Assembly (NCBI GenBank): GCA_050250895.1
Contig: JBFWNU010000001.1
Span: 552,008 to 616,007 of the forward strand
Direction: 5' to 3'
Length of the DNA: 64,000 nucleotides
Source: Vulcanimicrobiota bacterium
GTDB taxonomy: Bacteria > Vulcanimicrobiota > Xenobia > Xenobiales > JADMJV01
The translations under genes were made by a program, and so were the position numbers. Within the stretch, counting starts at the first letter, position 1, and the number at the start of each line of letters is the position of its first letter. The notes beneath the pieces were generated by a model. The model was not told where the DNA came from, did no database searches, and was given only the letters and a program-made list of their open reading frames with translations. This document shows, one piece after another, positions 1-9,221 of this stretch.

Positions 1-347
1 CCAGTCTGGCCACCTGCCTGGAGCTGGCCGCTGGCAACGCCTCGCCACTGGTGGTCTCGTTGCCCGCCATGGCAGCCACCCAGAGTCTGGTGGGCGTAGG
101 CGAAGGACTGGTCACGGCCGGCGCTATCGGTTTTTTGGCCCGCACGCGCCCCGGATTGCTCCGGCGACAAGACTCGGCCTGGCCCGGAGGGGTGGGGTTT
201 GGCCTTCTTCTGGCCGGTTGCCTGGCTGCAGCTCTCTTACTGCCGAGCCGGCCCCTGGCCCCGCTGTTCTGCTGGCTGGCGCTTTGTGGCTTGAGTCTTA
301 TTGGCTATGGGGTGACCCGCTTCATCGGCTGGCGAGGCAAGCCATGA
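1..347 (+). CDS. cbiM: Cobalt/nickel ECF transporter S component, 5'-partial
   Basis: Reading frame runs in from the window edge. 'LELA...AM...LVGVGEGLVT' matches the CbiM/NikM C-terminal part. Its stop overlaps the cbiQ start (ATGA). Confidence 0.75.
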   Translation, partial: SLATCLELAAGNASPLVVSLPAMAATQSLVGVGEGLVTAGAIGFLARTRPGLLRRQDSAWPGGVGFGLLLAGCLAAALLLPSRPLAPLFCWLALCGLSLIGYGVTRFIGWRGKP

Positions 348-1093
348 TCGCGACCTTCAGCCCCAGGGCCAGCCGGCCCTGGCAGTTGGATCCCCGGGCC
401 CTAATGCTGAGCGCGCTGCTGGCCATCGCGGCTATTACCTGGACCGAAAGCTGGGCAGGCCTGGGCTTGACCGCGCTGGCCCTGACGCTTCTGGCTTTGC
501 TGTGGGGAGTGCCGTTGCTGGCCTGGTGGCTGCGTTCGGCACTGGTCTTGCCGTTTTGCCTGGCGGCTTTGCCCCTGGTCTTCACCGATCCCGGTCCGGC
601 CTGGATTCAGGTGATGGGCCTGACCGCCAGCCACACCGGGGTCGAGCACTTTCTCTCCATCGTCGTTCATTGCTGGCTCTGCCTGCAGGCGCTCCTACTA
701 GCAATGGCGGTCGGCGGCCCCACCCAGCTGGTCGAAGCCCTGGGAGGTCTGGGCATGCCGGCCCGCTTGTTGATGGTGGTGCGCCTCTGCGTGCGCTATC
801 TCGACCTGCTCAAACAAGAGGCCGCTCGCATGGCCCGGGCCCGCCAGTGCCGCAGCTGTGGTCCGGGGCGCCCTGGCCTGGGCTTTCGTCTGGCGGTGGT
901 GGGCCAACAGGTGGGCTCTCTCTTTCTGCGAGCGCTCGACCGCGCTCAGCGAGTCCACCTGGCTATGCGCTGCCGAGGCTACAGCTCGGCCGACCCCATG
1001 TTCGCGGTCGAGTTCCGCCCCTGGCGGGGCGCCGACTTCGCCCTGGTCGGCCTGAGCTTGGGCTGGCTAGGGACAGCGGTCTGGCCCGGGTGA
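344..1093 (+). CDS. cbiQ: ECF transporter T component CbiQ/NikQ
   Basis: 'LDPR' near the N-terminus, TM helices, 'RA.RV..AM.CRGY' T-component motif. ATG at 344 overlaps the upstream TGA. Confidence 0.85.
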   Translation: MIATFSPRASRPWQLDPRALMLSALLAIAAITWTESWAGLGLTALALTLLALLWGVPLLAWWLRSALVLPFCLAALPLVFTDPGPAWIQVMGLTASHTGVEHFLSIVVHCWLCLQALLLAMAVGGPTQLVEALGGLGMPARLLMVVRLCVRYLDLLKQEAARMARARQCRSCGPGRPGLGFRLAVVGQQVGSLFLRALDRAQRVHLAMRCRGYSSADPMFAVEFRPWRGADFALVGLSLGWLGTAVWPG

Positions 1094-1794
1094 GTTGGCT
1101 GCGGGCTACCGACCTGAGCTTTGCCTATCCCGATGGCCAGCGGGCCCTCGACCAGGTCTCGTTCGCACTCGCCAGCGGCGAAAAGGCTGTGCTACTTGGG
1201 CCCAACGGAGCCGGCAAGTCCACTCTCTTACTGCATCTCAACGGCATCCACCACGGCCAGGGACGGCTGGAAATCGGCCAGGTCGAGGTAGCTCGCCACA
1301 ACCTCGACCAGATCCGAGCCCGGGTGGGACTGGTCTTTCAGAACCCCGACGACCAGCTGTTTTGCCCTACCGTGGCGGAAGATGTGGCCTATGGCCCTCG
1401 CTATCAGGGCCTGACCGGAGCCGAACTTGAAGCCCGGGTCAAAGCAGCCCTCGAGCAGGTGGATCTGCTGGAAGCCGCCGACCGGTTTCCCCAGAACCTG
1501 AGCGGCGGAGAGAAAAAGAGAGCGGCCCTGGCCACCGTCCTGTCGATGCGTCCCGATTTGCTGGTGCTAGACGAGCCTACCGCCGGGCTGGATGCGCGCG
1601 CCCGGCGCAGCGTCATCGAGGTGCTCAAGGCTCTGGCTACCACCATGCTGGTGGCGACCCATGACCTGGAGCTAGCCAGGGAAATGTTTGAGCGGGGACT
1701 GATTCTCGACGGGGGAAAGCTGGTTTACGACGGACCCCTCGAGGCCGCCCTGGCCGACCGCGAACTGTTGCTACGCCACGGTCTAGTCGCTTGA
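1090..1794 (+). CDS. cbiO: ECF transporter ATPase CbiO/NikO
   Basis: Walker A GPNGAGKST, 'FQNPDDQLF', LSGGE, LDEP. GTG at 1090 overlaps the cbiQ TGA. Confidence 0.9.
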   Translation: MSWLRATDLSFAYPDGQRALDQVSFALASGEKAVLLGPNGAGKSTLLLHLNGIHHGQGRLEIGQVEVARHNLDQIRARVGLVFQNPDDQLFCPTVAEDVAYGPRYQGLTGAELEARVKAALEQVDLLEAADRFPQNLSGGEKKRAALATVLSMRPDLLVLDEPTAGLDARARRSVIEVLKALATTMLVATHDLELAREMFERGLILDGGKLVYDGPLEAALADRELLLRHGLVA

Positions 1795-2220
1795 GCTGCG
1801 GCGACCGCGCAGCAGACTCAAGCCGCCGAAGATACCGAAGAGAACGCTGATGCCGACCAGCAGGCGGGTGTGAGTGGCCACCAGCGGCTGCGAGAACGAC
1901 TTCACCACCTGGTGCTCGTCCACTTCGACCTCTACCGTGGCGCCATGCAAGCCATGGGTGGAATCGGCCTTGACCTTGACCGTCCATTGGCCGGGCTGGT
2001 CTGGCACGAACACGACCCGGCCATGAAAATCGGTGCGGCCAATGGCAAAGGGGTTGCCCTCGGCACCTCCGGGTGGGAAGACCTCGTATTCAGAATAGCT
2101 GGCTTCTTCATCGCCGAGCTGAACCGTGACCACCACCGCCTCGGCCTGGGTCACCTCGTGGTTCACCGTGTGGGCCAGAGCAAGAGTGGATAGCAGCAAA
2201 CAGATCGCCAGGACTCGCAT
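1783..2220 (-). CDS. Secreted/membrane-anchored nickel/cobalt transport accessory protein (CbiL/NikL-like)
   Basis: Signal peptide ending ALA-H, 'GRTD..G...F.PD.PG.W.V', His-rich 'HGLHG', C-terminal TM helix. Convergent with cbiMQO. Confidence 0.6.
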   Translation of the reverse strand: MRVLAICLLLSTLALAHTVNHEVTQAEAVVVTVQLGDEEASYSEYEVFPPGGAEGNPFAIGRTDFHGRVVFVPDQPGQWTVKVKADSTHGLHGATVEVEVDEHQVVKSFSQPLVATHTRLLVGISVLFGIFGGLSLLRGRRSSSD

Positions 2221-2275
2221 GGCCCCAGTCTATACCGAAAACGGATGCACTTGCAACCGTTCGCGGGAGGGGCGG

Positions 2276-3463
2276 TTAGCGTCGGAACCTCTGGGGAGTT
2301 GCCAGCGCCCGCCGAATCTGGCGAAGCACCTCGGAGGACAGATCGGGTTCGACCACTTCCAAGCTGAATTCTTCCACCGAGAAACTCGGCTTCTCTTCAA
2401 CCACCAGCACACTGGTGTTGGAATGTCGGGCCAGGGCCATCAGTTGCTCGCGGTTCTCGGCCAGCAACACCCGGTAACCAGCCTCCTCCAGCTGGCGGTG
2501 AAGCACTCCGCCCAGCTGGCCCAGGAGCAAGATACACTCTTTGCCCCCCGGGGCGGCGGCGCTCCCGGCACGGGGCAAAACCAGGGTCAACGTGGTGCCC
2601 TGACCCGGGGCTGATTCGATTTCGATCTTGCCCCCCATACTACGAACCCAGCCATACACCCGGGCCAGGCCCAGACCGGGCTGCCCCAGGCGGGTGGTGT
2701 AGAACGGTTCGAACAGGTGCCGAGCCGTACTTCGATCCATGCCATGACCGCTATCCGAGACCGATAGGCGAAGCCAGCCGTCGGGAGAATCCTCGGCTTC
2801 TATCTGAAGCCAACCGCTCCCTGAGGCCATTGCCTCGAGCGAGTTCTGACAGATCTCTCGCAACATCTCTTCACAAACCGAGGACCGAGCCAACAACGTC
2901 AGGCTGGGCGGACACTTCGTCTCGCAACGGGTGCCGGGGGATCGCTCTTTCACCCAGCGGGCCAGGTTGCCCAGCAAAGGCACGACGGCCGTGCCCTCCA
3001 TCGCTTGATCGATGGCACCATAGAAAACCGAGAAGGCGTTGGCTCGGTCTTCGAGCTTGCGACAAGATTCCAGGATCGACTGCAGACCCTCGGTCACCTC
3101 GGGTTGATTACAATCCAGCAGGGCCAACTCGGCCTCGCCCTTGACCCCCGCCAATACGTTACGAAGGTCGTGAGCCACTCGGTCGGCCATGCGGCGCAGC
3201 GCCGCGAAGGCAGGCGCCTCGCGCCCTTCGGCCATCTGGTCGAGCAACTGCCGGCGAAACGTCTCGAGTTCTTCCGGCAAGGTGTCGCAGGCGGCCTGGT
3301 TCTGACGACGCACCTCTTCCAGCAGTTCGCCCCGCACCACCGACACCTCGCGGGGAGCCTCGATACCCAGCCGAACCTGATCGGCTCGGGACTCGAGCAC
3401 GGTGATGATGACATCGTCCCCCACTTTGAGGGATTGCTTCTTCTTGCGCGAGATTACGAGCAT
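2276..3463 (-). CDS. csrA: CsrA - histidine kinase - pseudo-receiver fusion protein
   Basis: aa 1-60 are CsrA (MLVISRK...VRLGIEAPREVSVVRGE...N55). Then H-box VAHDLRN, N-box QNSLEAM, G1 DSGHGM, F-box LFEPFYTT, G2 GLGL, and a degenerate REC domain. Lies directly after fliW. Confidence 0.85.
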   Translation of the reverse strand: MLVISRKKKQSLKVGDDVIITVLESRADQVRLGIEAPREVSVVRGELLEEVRRQNQAACDTLPEELETFRRQLLDQMAEGREAPAFAALRRMADRVAHDLRNVLAGVKGEAELALLDCNQPEVTEGLQSILESCRKLEDRANAFSVFYGAIDQAMEGTAVVPLLGNLARWVKERSPGTRCETKCPPSLTLLARSSVCEEMLREICQNSLEAMASGSGWLQIEAEDSPDGWLRLSVSDSGHGMDRSTARHLFEPFYTTRLGQPGLGLARVYGWVRSMGGKIEIESAPGQGTTLTLVLPRAGSAAAPGGKECILLLGQLGGVLHRQLEEAGYRVLLAENREQLMALARHSNTSVLVVEEKPSFSVEEFSLEVVEPDLSSEVLRQIRRALATPQRFRR

Positions 3464-3888
3464 GCTACCGGCCTCCTGGATAAGCTGTGACAGGTTCCGA
3501 ACCGAGTGTCGTCAAGTACGACCTGACCGCCCGTCCGGGTTCGCTGGTGCAATACCACCGGGGCCGCCAGATTCATGGTCCAGCCGTCCTGGTCGCAAGT
3601 CACCACGCAATAGATGGCCAGTTCGTCGCCCCGTTCCACTCGCAAAGCCTGCAGAAAGGCGCTGTCGAGATCGGGTTCATAGTCCGAGAAAAAGGTGAAC
3701 GGGTCGGCCAGAGCCAGGGCCAGGTCGGCCTGGTCCACCGACTGAAGCCAGACGAAGGGGCGATACTTGGGCATTTCCAAGAGCACGAACCGGCGACTTT
3801 CTTCGAGACCCACCAGGGGTCGGGTGAACTCGATCAAGCTGCTCTCTGGAACCTCTAACTGGCCGAATCTCAGGCTATCCAACTGCAT
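3454..3888 (-). CDS. fliW: Flagellar assembly factor FliW
   Basis: 'RFG...', 'F.WLQS', 'DPF.FF.DY', 'T.NLAAPVV', 'QVVL'. Conserved flgL-fliW-csrA order. Confidence 0.92.
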   Translation of the reverse strand: MQLDSLRFGQLEVPESSLIEFTRPLVGLEESRRFVLLEMPKYRPFVWLQSVDQADLALALADPFTFFSDYEPDLDSAFLQALRVERGDELAIYCVVTCDQDGWTMNLAAPVVLHQRTRTGGQVVLDDTRFGTCHSLSRRPVACS

Positions 3889-3909
3889 TCTAATCTCCTC
3901 GACTGTTTT

Positions 3910-4809
3910 CTATCTAAGATAATTGACCAGACTCAGCTGAGACACTCGTGAGGCCACCTGCATCGTGGCCTGGACGGTGGTCTCGGCAGAGAGCATCTGG
4001 GTGATGGCGGTGGGCAGGTCGACTCCGCTCAAATCCTGCAGTTCCATGTTCAAGTTGATCAGCTTCTCGCCGGTGTGGGTCGACAGGCTCTCGAGATACT
4101 GACCGGCGCTGGCAGCCTCGGCTCGCCGAGTCAGCAAATTGTTCTCGATTTTCTCGAGCTTGTCGAGAAAGGGAGCGGCGTCGAAGTCTGGCTTTTGCAG
4201 GGCGTCGCGCAGCTCGATCACGGTCTGGAAGAAGTCTTCTCCCGACCCGCCCGAAACCGACTGCCCGTTGAGGCTGATGTTGAGGGTCTTGCCGTCGGGC
4301 AGGTTCAAAGGCGGAGAGCCTAGATCGCCTGCGTAATTCACCGAGGTGATTTTGCCCCCCGATTCGGTAGTCTGGAAAGGGGGAGTGCGGCTCTTGAAGC
4401 CGCTCAACAAGTAGCTGCCGTTGATCTCGCTGTTGCTCAAGTTGAGGGCCGACTGCAGGATGCTGTCGACCTCCTGAGCCAGCGACTCTCCCAACTGAGG
4501 TCCAGTGCTACCGTTGGCGGCTCGCTGGGTGATGGTGCGCAAGCTGCGCACTTTAGAGGTCAGGTCGCCCAGCATCTCGTCGACGTAGCGTAGAGAGCCG
4601 GCGCTTTCTGCGACCATGCCCTGATCGGTCTCTAGCCGCGTGATCGCCGCCTGCACTCGGGTCTTGCGGGCGTAGGCCGAGGGGTCCTCGCTGGGGCGGG
4701 TGAGCTTCTGGCCCGAGGCGATCTGTTCTTGCAGGCCGTTGAGACGGCTACGGGCCGATTCTAGATTGTTGAGGATGGCTCGCTGAAAGCGGGCATCGTT
4801 AGCACGCAT
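3910..4809 (-). CDS. flgL: Hook-associated protein FlgL
   Basis: 'IASGQKLTRPSEDP', 'YLLSG', C-terminal 'SLVNYLR'. Downstream of flgK. Confidence 0.9.
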   Translation of the reverse strand: MRANDARFQRAILNNLESARSRLNGLQEQIASGQKLTRPSEDPSAYARKTRVQAAITRLETDQGMVAESAGSLRYVDEMLGDLTSKVRSLRTITQRAANGSTGPQLGESLAQEVDSILQSALNLSNSEINGSYLLSGFKSRTPPFQTTESGGKITSVNYAGDLGSPPLNLPDGKTLNISLNGQSVSGGSGEDFFQTVIELRDALQKPDFDAAPFLDKLEKIENNLLTRRAEAASAGQYLESLSTHTGEKLINLNMELQDLSGVDLPTAITQMLSAETTVQATMQVASRVSQLSLVNYLR

Positions 4810-4810
4810 A

Positions 4811-6481
4811 CTATCTGGCTCCCATGCTGATCAAAGTCGACATGATTTCGTCGGCCACGGTGGCCACCCGAGCCGCGGCCGCAAACGATTGCTGGTAACG
4901 CTGCAGGTTGAGCAACTCCTCGTCGGAGTTGACTCCCGAGATCTGCTGGCGGCGCTCGTCGGCATCGGTTTCTAGCAGAGTGTTCCGTTGAGCCATCACC
5001 ATCTCGCGACTGCGAGCGGCTCCGGCCGAGGTGGCCAAATCGTCGATGGACTCTTGAAAAGTGCGGTCGCCACCCGAGCCGAAAGCGGCGCTATCGAGCT
5101 TGGAGGCCATCTGACGCAACATCCGACCGTCGCCAGGCACGGCTGGCGCAGACACGGCACCGGTGAGGCCGAGCACCTGCGAAAGGTTGCCGCCGAGATC
5201 GTTGACGGTGATACCAGGCGGACCGGCCATTGAGGGGTCGCGCTCGAGCACCACCCGACCACTGGGTGAGTCGAATCGAGCTTTGACTCCGGCGGCGCTG
5301 AGGTTGCTCAGAATCTGGTCGGTGGATTGGCTATCATCCCAGCTGACGGCGATTCCGTTGATTTCGATGGTGCCAGAGGCGGTGGCCGGGGTATTGAGGT
5401 TGGCCGCCTGGTTGACCAGGCTGTCGCCGGCAGTGAAGCTAGCGTTGCCCACCCCGCTGGTGCCCTCGACTCGGGCCAGGGCTCCGGCGATGGCCCGGGG
5501 ATCGGTGAGGGCCAGGCGGAGGTCGCCAGCCCCGCTGCCCTGCAAGAGGTCACGCCCGGCCACGCCGTCAAGACCGTAGCCGAGTTGGTGAACGCTATTG
5601 AGCTGATCTTTGAAGCTGTTGGCGCTGGCATCGAGGGCGGTGCGAAAGCCGGCCAATTCGGTCTGGGCGAAATTCAGGTTGGCGGCCAGCGAGCCGCCGC
5701 GGGGGCTCAAGCTTTGGCCGGTCTGGGTGCGGAGGCCATTGGTGGCGTCCCACTGCAGCTGGTCGAGCTGGACGCCATAGAGAAGCTGCTTGCCATCGAG
5801 ATAGACCGAGGTGGCCCCGCCGTGAGATTCGCGCACTTGCACGTTGACCAGGCCGCTCAATTCGTCGAGCAGCACGTCGCGCCGGTCGAGCAGCACGTTC
5901 TTGCCGGCGCTGCCGTCGAGAGGCGGCAGTTGCTTATTGATGCCCTGCAGCTCGACCAAAATCTGGTTGGCCCGGTCGGTCAGATCGCCGACGCGAGCGC
6001 GGGCCTCGTCGCCCAGCTGGTCAAGCGAGTTCGAGGTGTCCTGAAAGGTCCGCGTGAATCCGTCGAGCTTGCTCAACAGGTCGCTGCGTAAAGCTATATC
6101 GTCGGGATGGGTGGCCACCTCGAGCAGGGCCGCTCGGACGTCCTGTGCCTGGCTGCTCAGACCCTCGGAATTGTTGAAGATCGACTCCAGGCGACTGGTC
6201 AGGGGGTCAAGACTGCGCGAGGCCTCGGCGTTGCGATGGTGAAGGCGATAGGCAGTATCCAGTAAGCCATCGCGAACTCGCTCGAAGCCCTCGACCTGCA
6301 CGCCCAGCCCGTCGTGGTGCTGTTGGAAGGTCGAAATCGCCGGTCCGACATTGCTGACCACAGCCCTCTGCCGGCTGTAGCCGGGCAGATCGACACCTTC
6401 CAGGTTGCGACCGGTGAGCTCGATCTGGAGCTGACTCGAGCGCAGCAGGCTGGAGGCGATATTTAGTGAGTTGAGAGCCAT
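4811..6481 (-). CDS. flgK: Hook-associated protein FlgK
   Basis: 'PGYSRQR', 'LLDRRD.LLDELS', 'ISGVNSDEE..NL..YQ..F.AAARV'. Start placed at MALNSLNIA. Confidence 0.9.
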   Translation of the reverse strand: MALNSLNIASSLLRSSQLQIELTGRNLEGVDLPGYSRQRAVVSNVGPAISTFQQHHDGLGVQVEGFERVRDGLLDTAYRLHHRNAEASRSLDPLTSRLESIFNNSEGLSSQAQDVRAALLEVATHPDDIALRSDLLSKLDGFTRTFQDTSNSLDQLGDEARARVGDLTDRANQILVELQGINKQLPPLDGSAGKNVLLDRRDVLLDELSGLVNVQVRESHGGATSVYLDGKQLLYGVQLDQLQWDATNGLRTQTGQSLSPRGGSLAANLNFAQTELAGFRTALDASANSFKDQLNSVHQLGYGLDGVAGRDLLQGSGAGDLRLALTDPRAIAGALARVEGTSGVGNASFTAGDSLVNQAANLNTPATASGTIEINGIAVSWDDSQSTDQILSNLSAAGVKARFDSPSGRVVLERDPSMAGPPGITVNDLGGNLSQVLGLTGAVSAPAVPGDGRMLRQMASKLDSAAFGSGGDRTFQESIDDLATSAGAARSREMVMAQRNTLLETDADERRQQISGVNSDEELLNLQRYQQSFAAAARVATVADEIMSTLISMGAR

Positions 6482-6735
6482 CTCGAAGAGTGGGCCGCCT
6501 TTTGCGAATAGGTCGTCCTGACGGGTCCACCGAGGGTGTCCAGAAGATCCCGGTTGAGTGCCCACACGTGGCGAAGCTCGTCAGGGTCGAGTTGGTGACG
6601 GGGCAGCTCTTCGAGCAAGGCTTGCTTCTCGAACAGGATCTCCCCCAACACTTCAGGTCGCGGATCGAGCAGGCACTCGATCTCTAGAGTCATCAGCTCG
6701 GCCAGTCGGGCGAGCAAACCAGCTTCAGATGACAT
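6463..6735 (-). CDS. flgN: Probable FlgN-like export chaperone
   Basis: Short helical protein between flgM and flgK, with 'EK..LL' and 'LN..LL...TY' features typical of FlgN. Confidence 0.55.
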   Translation of the reverse strand: MSSEAGLLARLAELMTLEIECLLDPRPEVLGEILFEKQALLEELPRHQLDPDELRHVWALNRDLLDTLGGPVRTTYSQKAAHSSRWLSTH

Positions 6736-7009
6736 CGCTGAGCTTGTCGGCCAGCTGGTCGAGGTCGACCTTGTAGTCGCCCGAGGCGATGCGGGACTTG
6801 AAGCTCTCGACCACATCGGTGCGAACGTCGGGCGAGTCCTGGACCAGCTTCGAGAGTTCGCTCATCTCTTTGGCGGAAGTCGACACCTCGACGCTGCTGG
6901 AGCCGCCCTTCGAGCACGAAGAGGCGCAGCTAGTCGAGGCCGGGGTCCGGACCTCGCTGACCCCGTTGATTTTGCTGGGAATGTTGTTTGAACTACCTGA
7001 TACAGTCAT
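6725..7009 (-). CDS. flgM: Anti-sigma28 factor FlgM
   Basis: 'VEVS..A', 'DVR.D.V...K..IASGDYKVD...LADKL'. Confidence 0.9.
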   Translation of the reverse strand: MTVSGSSNNIPSKINGVSEVRTPASTSCASSCSKGGSSSVEVSTSAKEMSELSKLVQDSPDVRTDVVESFKSRIASGDYKVDLDQLADKLSDVI

Positions 7010-7046
7010 TGCCTATTCCTCCTACTAGCACTATTGTCTGCTAGTA

Positions 7047-7073
7047 TTATCGACCGGGTGGGGGTTTCCTTAA
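7047..7073 (-). promoter_or_regulatory. sigma28 promoter of the flgM-flgN-flgK-flgL-fliW-csrA operon
   Basis: TTAA-N15-GTCGATAA on the minus strand (consensus TAAA-N15-GCCGATAA). Confidence 0.75.
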
Positions 7074-7094
7074 TACCCCGTATGGGGGTTTTCC

Positions 7095-7982
7095 CTATGA
7101 GGCTCGGGAGTTAGCACCCACACCAACGTAGTTGCCGATCTCACAGAACTCGTCCTGAGCGGCCGCAACGGCCCGTTCGACTTCCTCGACGGTCAAGTCG
7201 AGCAACTCGAGATAGAGGGAGTTGACCTCCTGCCCCTCCCAGGCTGAACAGGCCAGGGCGACCAGGGCGGCGGGCTTCTCGTGCTTGCCGGCCTTGTTCG
7301 GGCTATGGTGATAGCGCACGCACTCGATCAGCATTTCGGGAAGCTTCCACGCCTCGCAGGTGGTGGCCCCAATCTCGGCGTGGTCGGTTCCCAGAAACTC
7401 GCGCTCGGCCGCCAGGGGGTCCTCGGCGTCGGCCAGCCTGGCCATCAACATCGTGTGCTCGCGGGGAGCATACTTCCGCAGGACCGAGTAGCCGACATCA
7501 TGCAGCATCCCGGCCACGAAGAGTTCCTCGGGACAGCCCTGGCGGGCGAGTCTGGCCAGGTTCTTGGCTACCAGACCGGTGCCCATGGCTCGCTTCCAAT
7601 GGACGGCCTGGTCGTTGCCGGTACCGGCGAAGAACGAGTCGTACGAGGCCAGACAGAAACACAAGCTGCGGACCACGTTGAGTCCCAGCATGCTGACCGC
7701 CTGGGTCACCGACATCACCCGCTGGGTGACGCCGTAGTAGGCCGAGTTCACCATTCTCAATACCCGAATGGAGAGTGACTGGTCGGTCGAAATGACCTTG
7801 CCCAGGTCGCGGGCCGAGACGAACGGCGAGTTCAACAGGCTCAGCAGTTTGCGATACACAAACGGCATCGTATCCAGATCGCTGAGTCGCGAGTGGATCT
7901 TTTGTTTGAGTGCCTCGGTGTCGAGATTCTCGATTTCCACGGGTTGCTCGGCAGCGGCTCTGCCGTAGGTAATCCTCTTCAC
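7095..7982 (-). CDS. HDOD-domain protein
   Basis: 'D..LS.RVLRMVNSAYYG', 'AVSMLG', 'AGMLHDVG', 'E...LG.DHAEIG....W.LP', 'YHH.P'. Confidence 0.9.
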   Translation of the reverse strand: MKRITYGRAAAEQPVEIENLDTEALKQKIHSRLSDLDTMPFVYRKLLSLLNSPFVSARDLGKVISTDQSLSIRVLRMVNSAYYGVTQRVMSVTQAVSMLGLNVVRSLCFCLASYDSFFAGTGNDQAVHWKRAMGTGLVAKNLARLARQGCPEELFVAGMLHDVGYSVLRKYAPREHTMLMARLADAEDPLAAEREFLGTDHAEIGATTCEAWKLPEMLIECVRYHHSPNKAGKHEKPAALVALACSAWEGQEVNSLYLELLDLTVEEVERAVAAAQDEFCEIGNYVGVGANSRAS

Positions 7983-9109
7983 GCTGGAACCTCCTGGGGT
8001 TTTGAGTCTTGACTGGTTTGATAGCGACCGTTGCCAGAATTAAAGGGCTCGCCCTCACGCGAATATCTCTCCTTGATGTCGAGAATCTCGGGCAAAACCT
8101 GCATAAAGATGTTCACCAGCCTGGGATCGAACTGGGTCCCAGAACAGCGTTGGATCTCGGCGACCGCGTCTTCGACCGTCCAGGCCTGCTTGTAGGGTCG
8201 CTCCGAAGTAAGCGCGTCGAAAACGTCGCACACGGTGGAGATCCTGGCTTCGAGAGGAATCTGCTCGCCCCGTAAGCCGTCAGGATAGCCCTTGCCGTCC
8301 CAACGCTCGTGGTGCCAGCGAGCCACTCGCTCGGCCATCTTCATCAGCTCGGAACTCCCACCCCGCATGAGCTCGGCGCCGATCTTGGCGTGGCTTTTCA
8401 TGATCTCCCACTCCTCGGGGGTGAGCTTGCCCTTCTTGAGCAGCACGTGGTCGGGAATACCGATCTTGCCGACATCGTGCAGGGCGGCCGCGTGCAGCAG
8501 CTGCTCGCGCTGCTCGATGGGCATTCCCATGGCTCGGGCCACGACCACGGCGTAGCGGCTCATCCGGCTGATGTGCAGACCCGTTTCGTCGTCGCGATAC
8601 TCGGCGGCCATGCCCAGGCGCCTTACCATCTCGAAATGAGCCTCTTGGAGAGCCAGAGTGCGCTCGCGCACCCGGTTCTCCAAATCCTTGTTCTGAGCAT
8701 AAAGTTTGCGATGCAGCAAACGAACCTCGAGCAGATTCTCTACTCGGCAAAAGAGTTCGAAGCGGTCAAAAGGCTTGCAGACGAAGTCGCGAGCCCCCAA
8801 ACCCAGGGCGCGACGACGGGTTTCGGGATTGGTGTCCCCGGTCAGCACCAGCACCGGCAAATAGGTGCCGTCGTGAAACTCTTCGGTCTCTAAGATAGTG
8901 AAGCCGTCCAGGACCGGCATGTTGAGGTCCAGTATCACCAGATCGGGCCTGAACTCTCGAAAGGCTTTCTCGAAGTGAAGCGGATTGCTGATCCCTTTGA
9001 GGTCCTGATAACCCGCTTTGCCGAGCAAGCGCTCGACGATCCTGACGTTAATCTCCTCGTCGTCGACGATGAGAATCCGTGCTGTTTTTCGCTCTTGATC
9101 CGTGATCAC
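7979..9109 (-). CDS. Response regulator with HD-GYP c-di-GMP phosphodiesterase domain (RpfG-like)
   Basis: Intact REC domain (VDD, LDLNMP, LTG, KPF), plus LHDVGKIG, HHERWDGKGYP and DALTSERPYK. Confidence 0.95.
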   Translation of the reverse strand: MITDQERKTARILIVDDEEINVRIVERLLGKAGYQDLKGISNPLHFEKAFREFRPDLVILDLNMPVLDGFTILETEEFHDGTYLPVLVLTGDTNPETRRRALGLGARDFVCKPFDRFELFCRVENLLEVRLLHRKLYAQNKDLENRVRERTLALQEAHFEMVRRLGMAAEYRDDETGLHISRMSRYAVVVARAMGMPIEQREQLLHAAALHDVGKIGIPDHVLLKKGKLTPEEWEIMKSHAKIGAELMRGGSSELMKMAERVARWHHERWDGKGYPDGLRGEQIPLEARISTVCDVFDALTSERPYKQAWTVEDAVAEIQRCSGTQFDPRLVNIFMQVLPEILDIKERYSREGEPFNSGNGRYQTSQDSKPQEVPA

Positions 9110-9144
9110 TGAGCACTCCTTTCGGAACCCGATTTCACCCCTGT

Positions 9145-9171
9145 CTATCGGTGGCTAGCAAAAAAACTTGA
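9145..9171 (-). promoter_or_regulatory. sigma28 promoter of the REC-HD-GYP/HDOD operon
   Basis: TCAA-N15-ACCGATAG on the minus strand. Confidence 0.7.
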
Positions 9172-9175
9172 GGCC

Positions 9176-9202
9176 TTTAGCCCAAAAAGTTGCGGCCGAT
9201 AG
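9176..9202 (+). promoter_or_regulatory. sigma28 promoter of the flgF operon
   Basis: TTTA-N15-GCCGATAG followed by a GGAGG RBS. Confidence 0.75.
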
Positions 9203-9221
9203 ATTCAACTGGAGGTGAACT

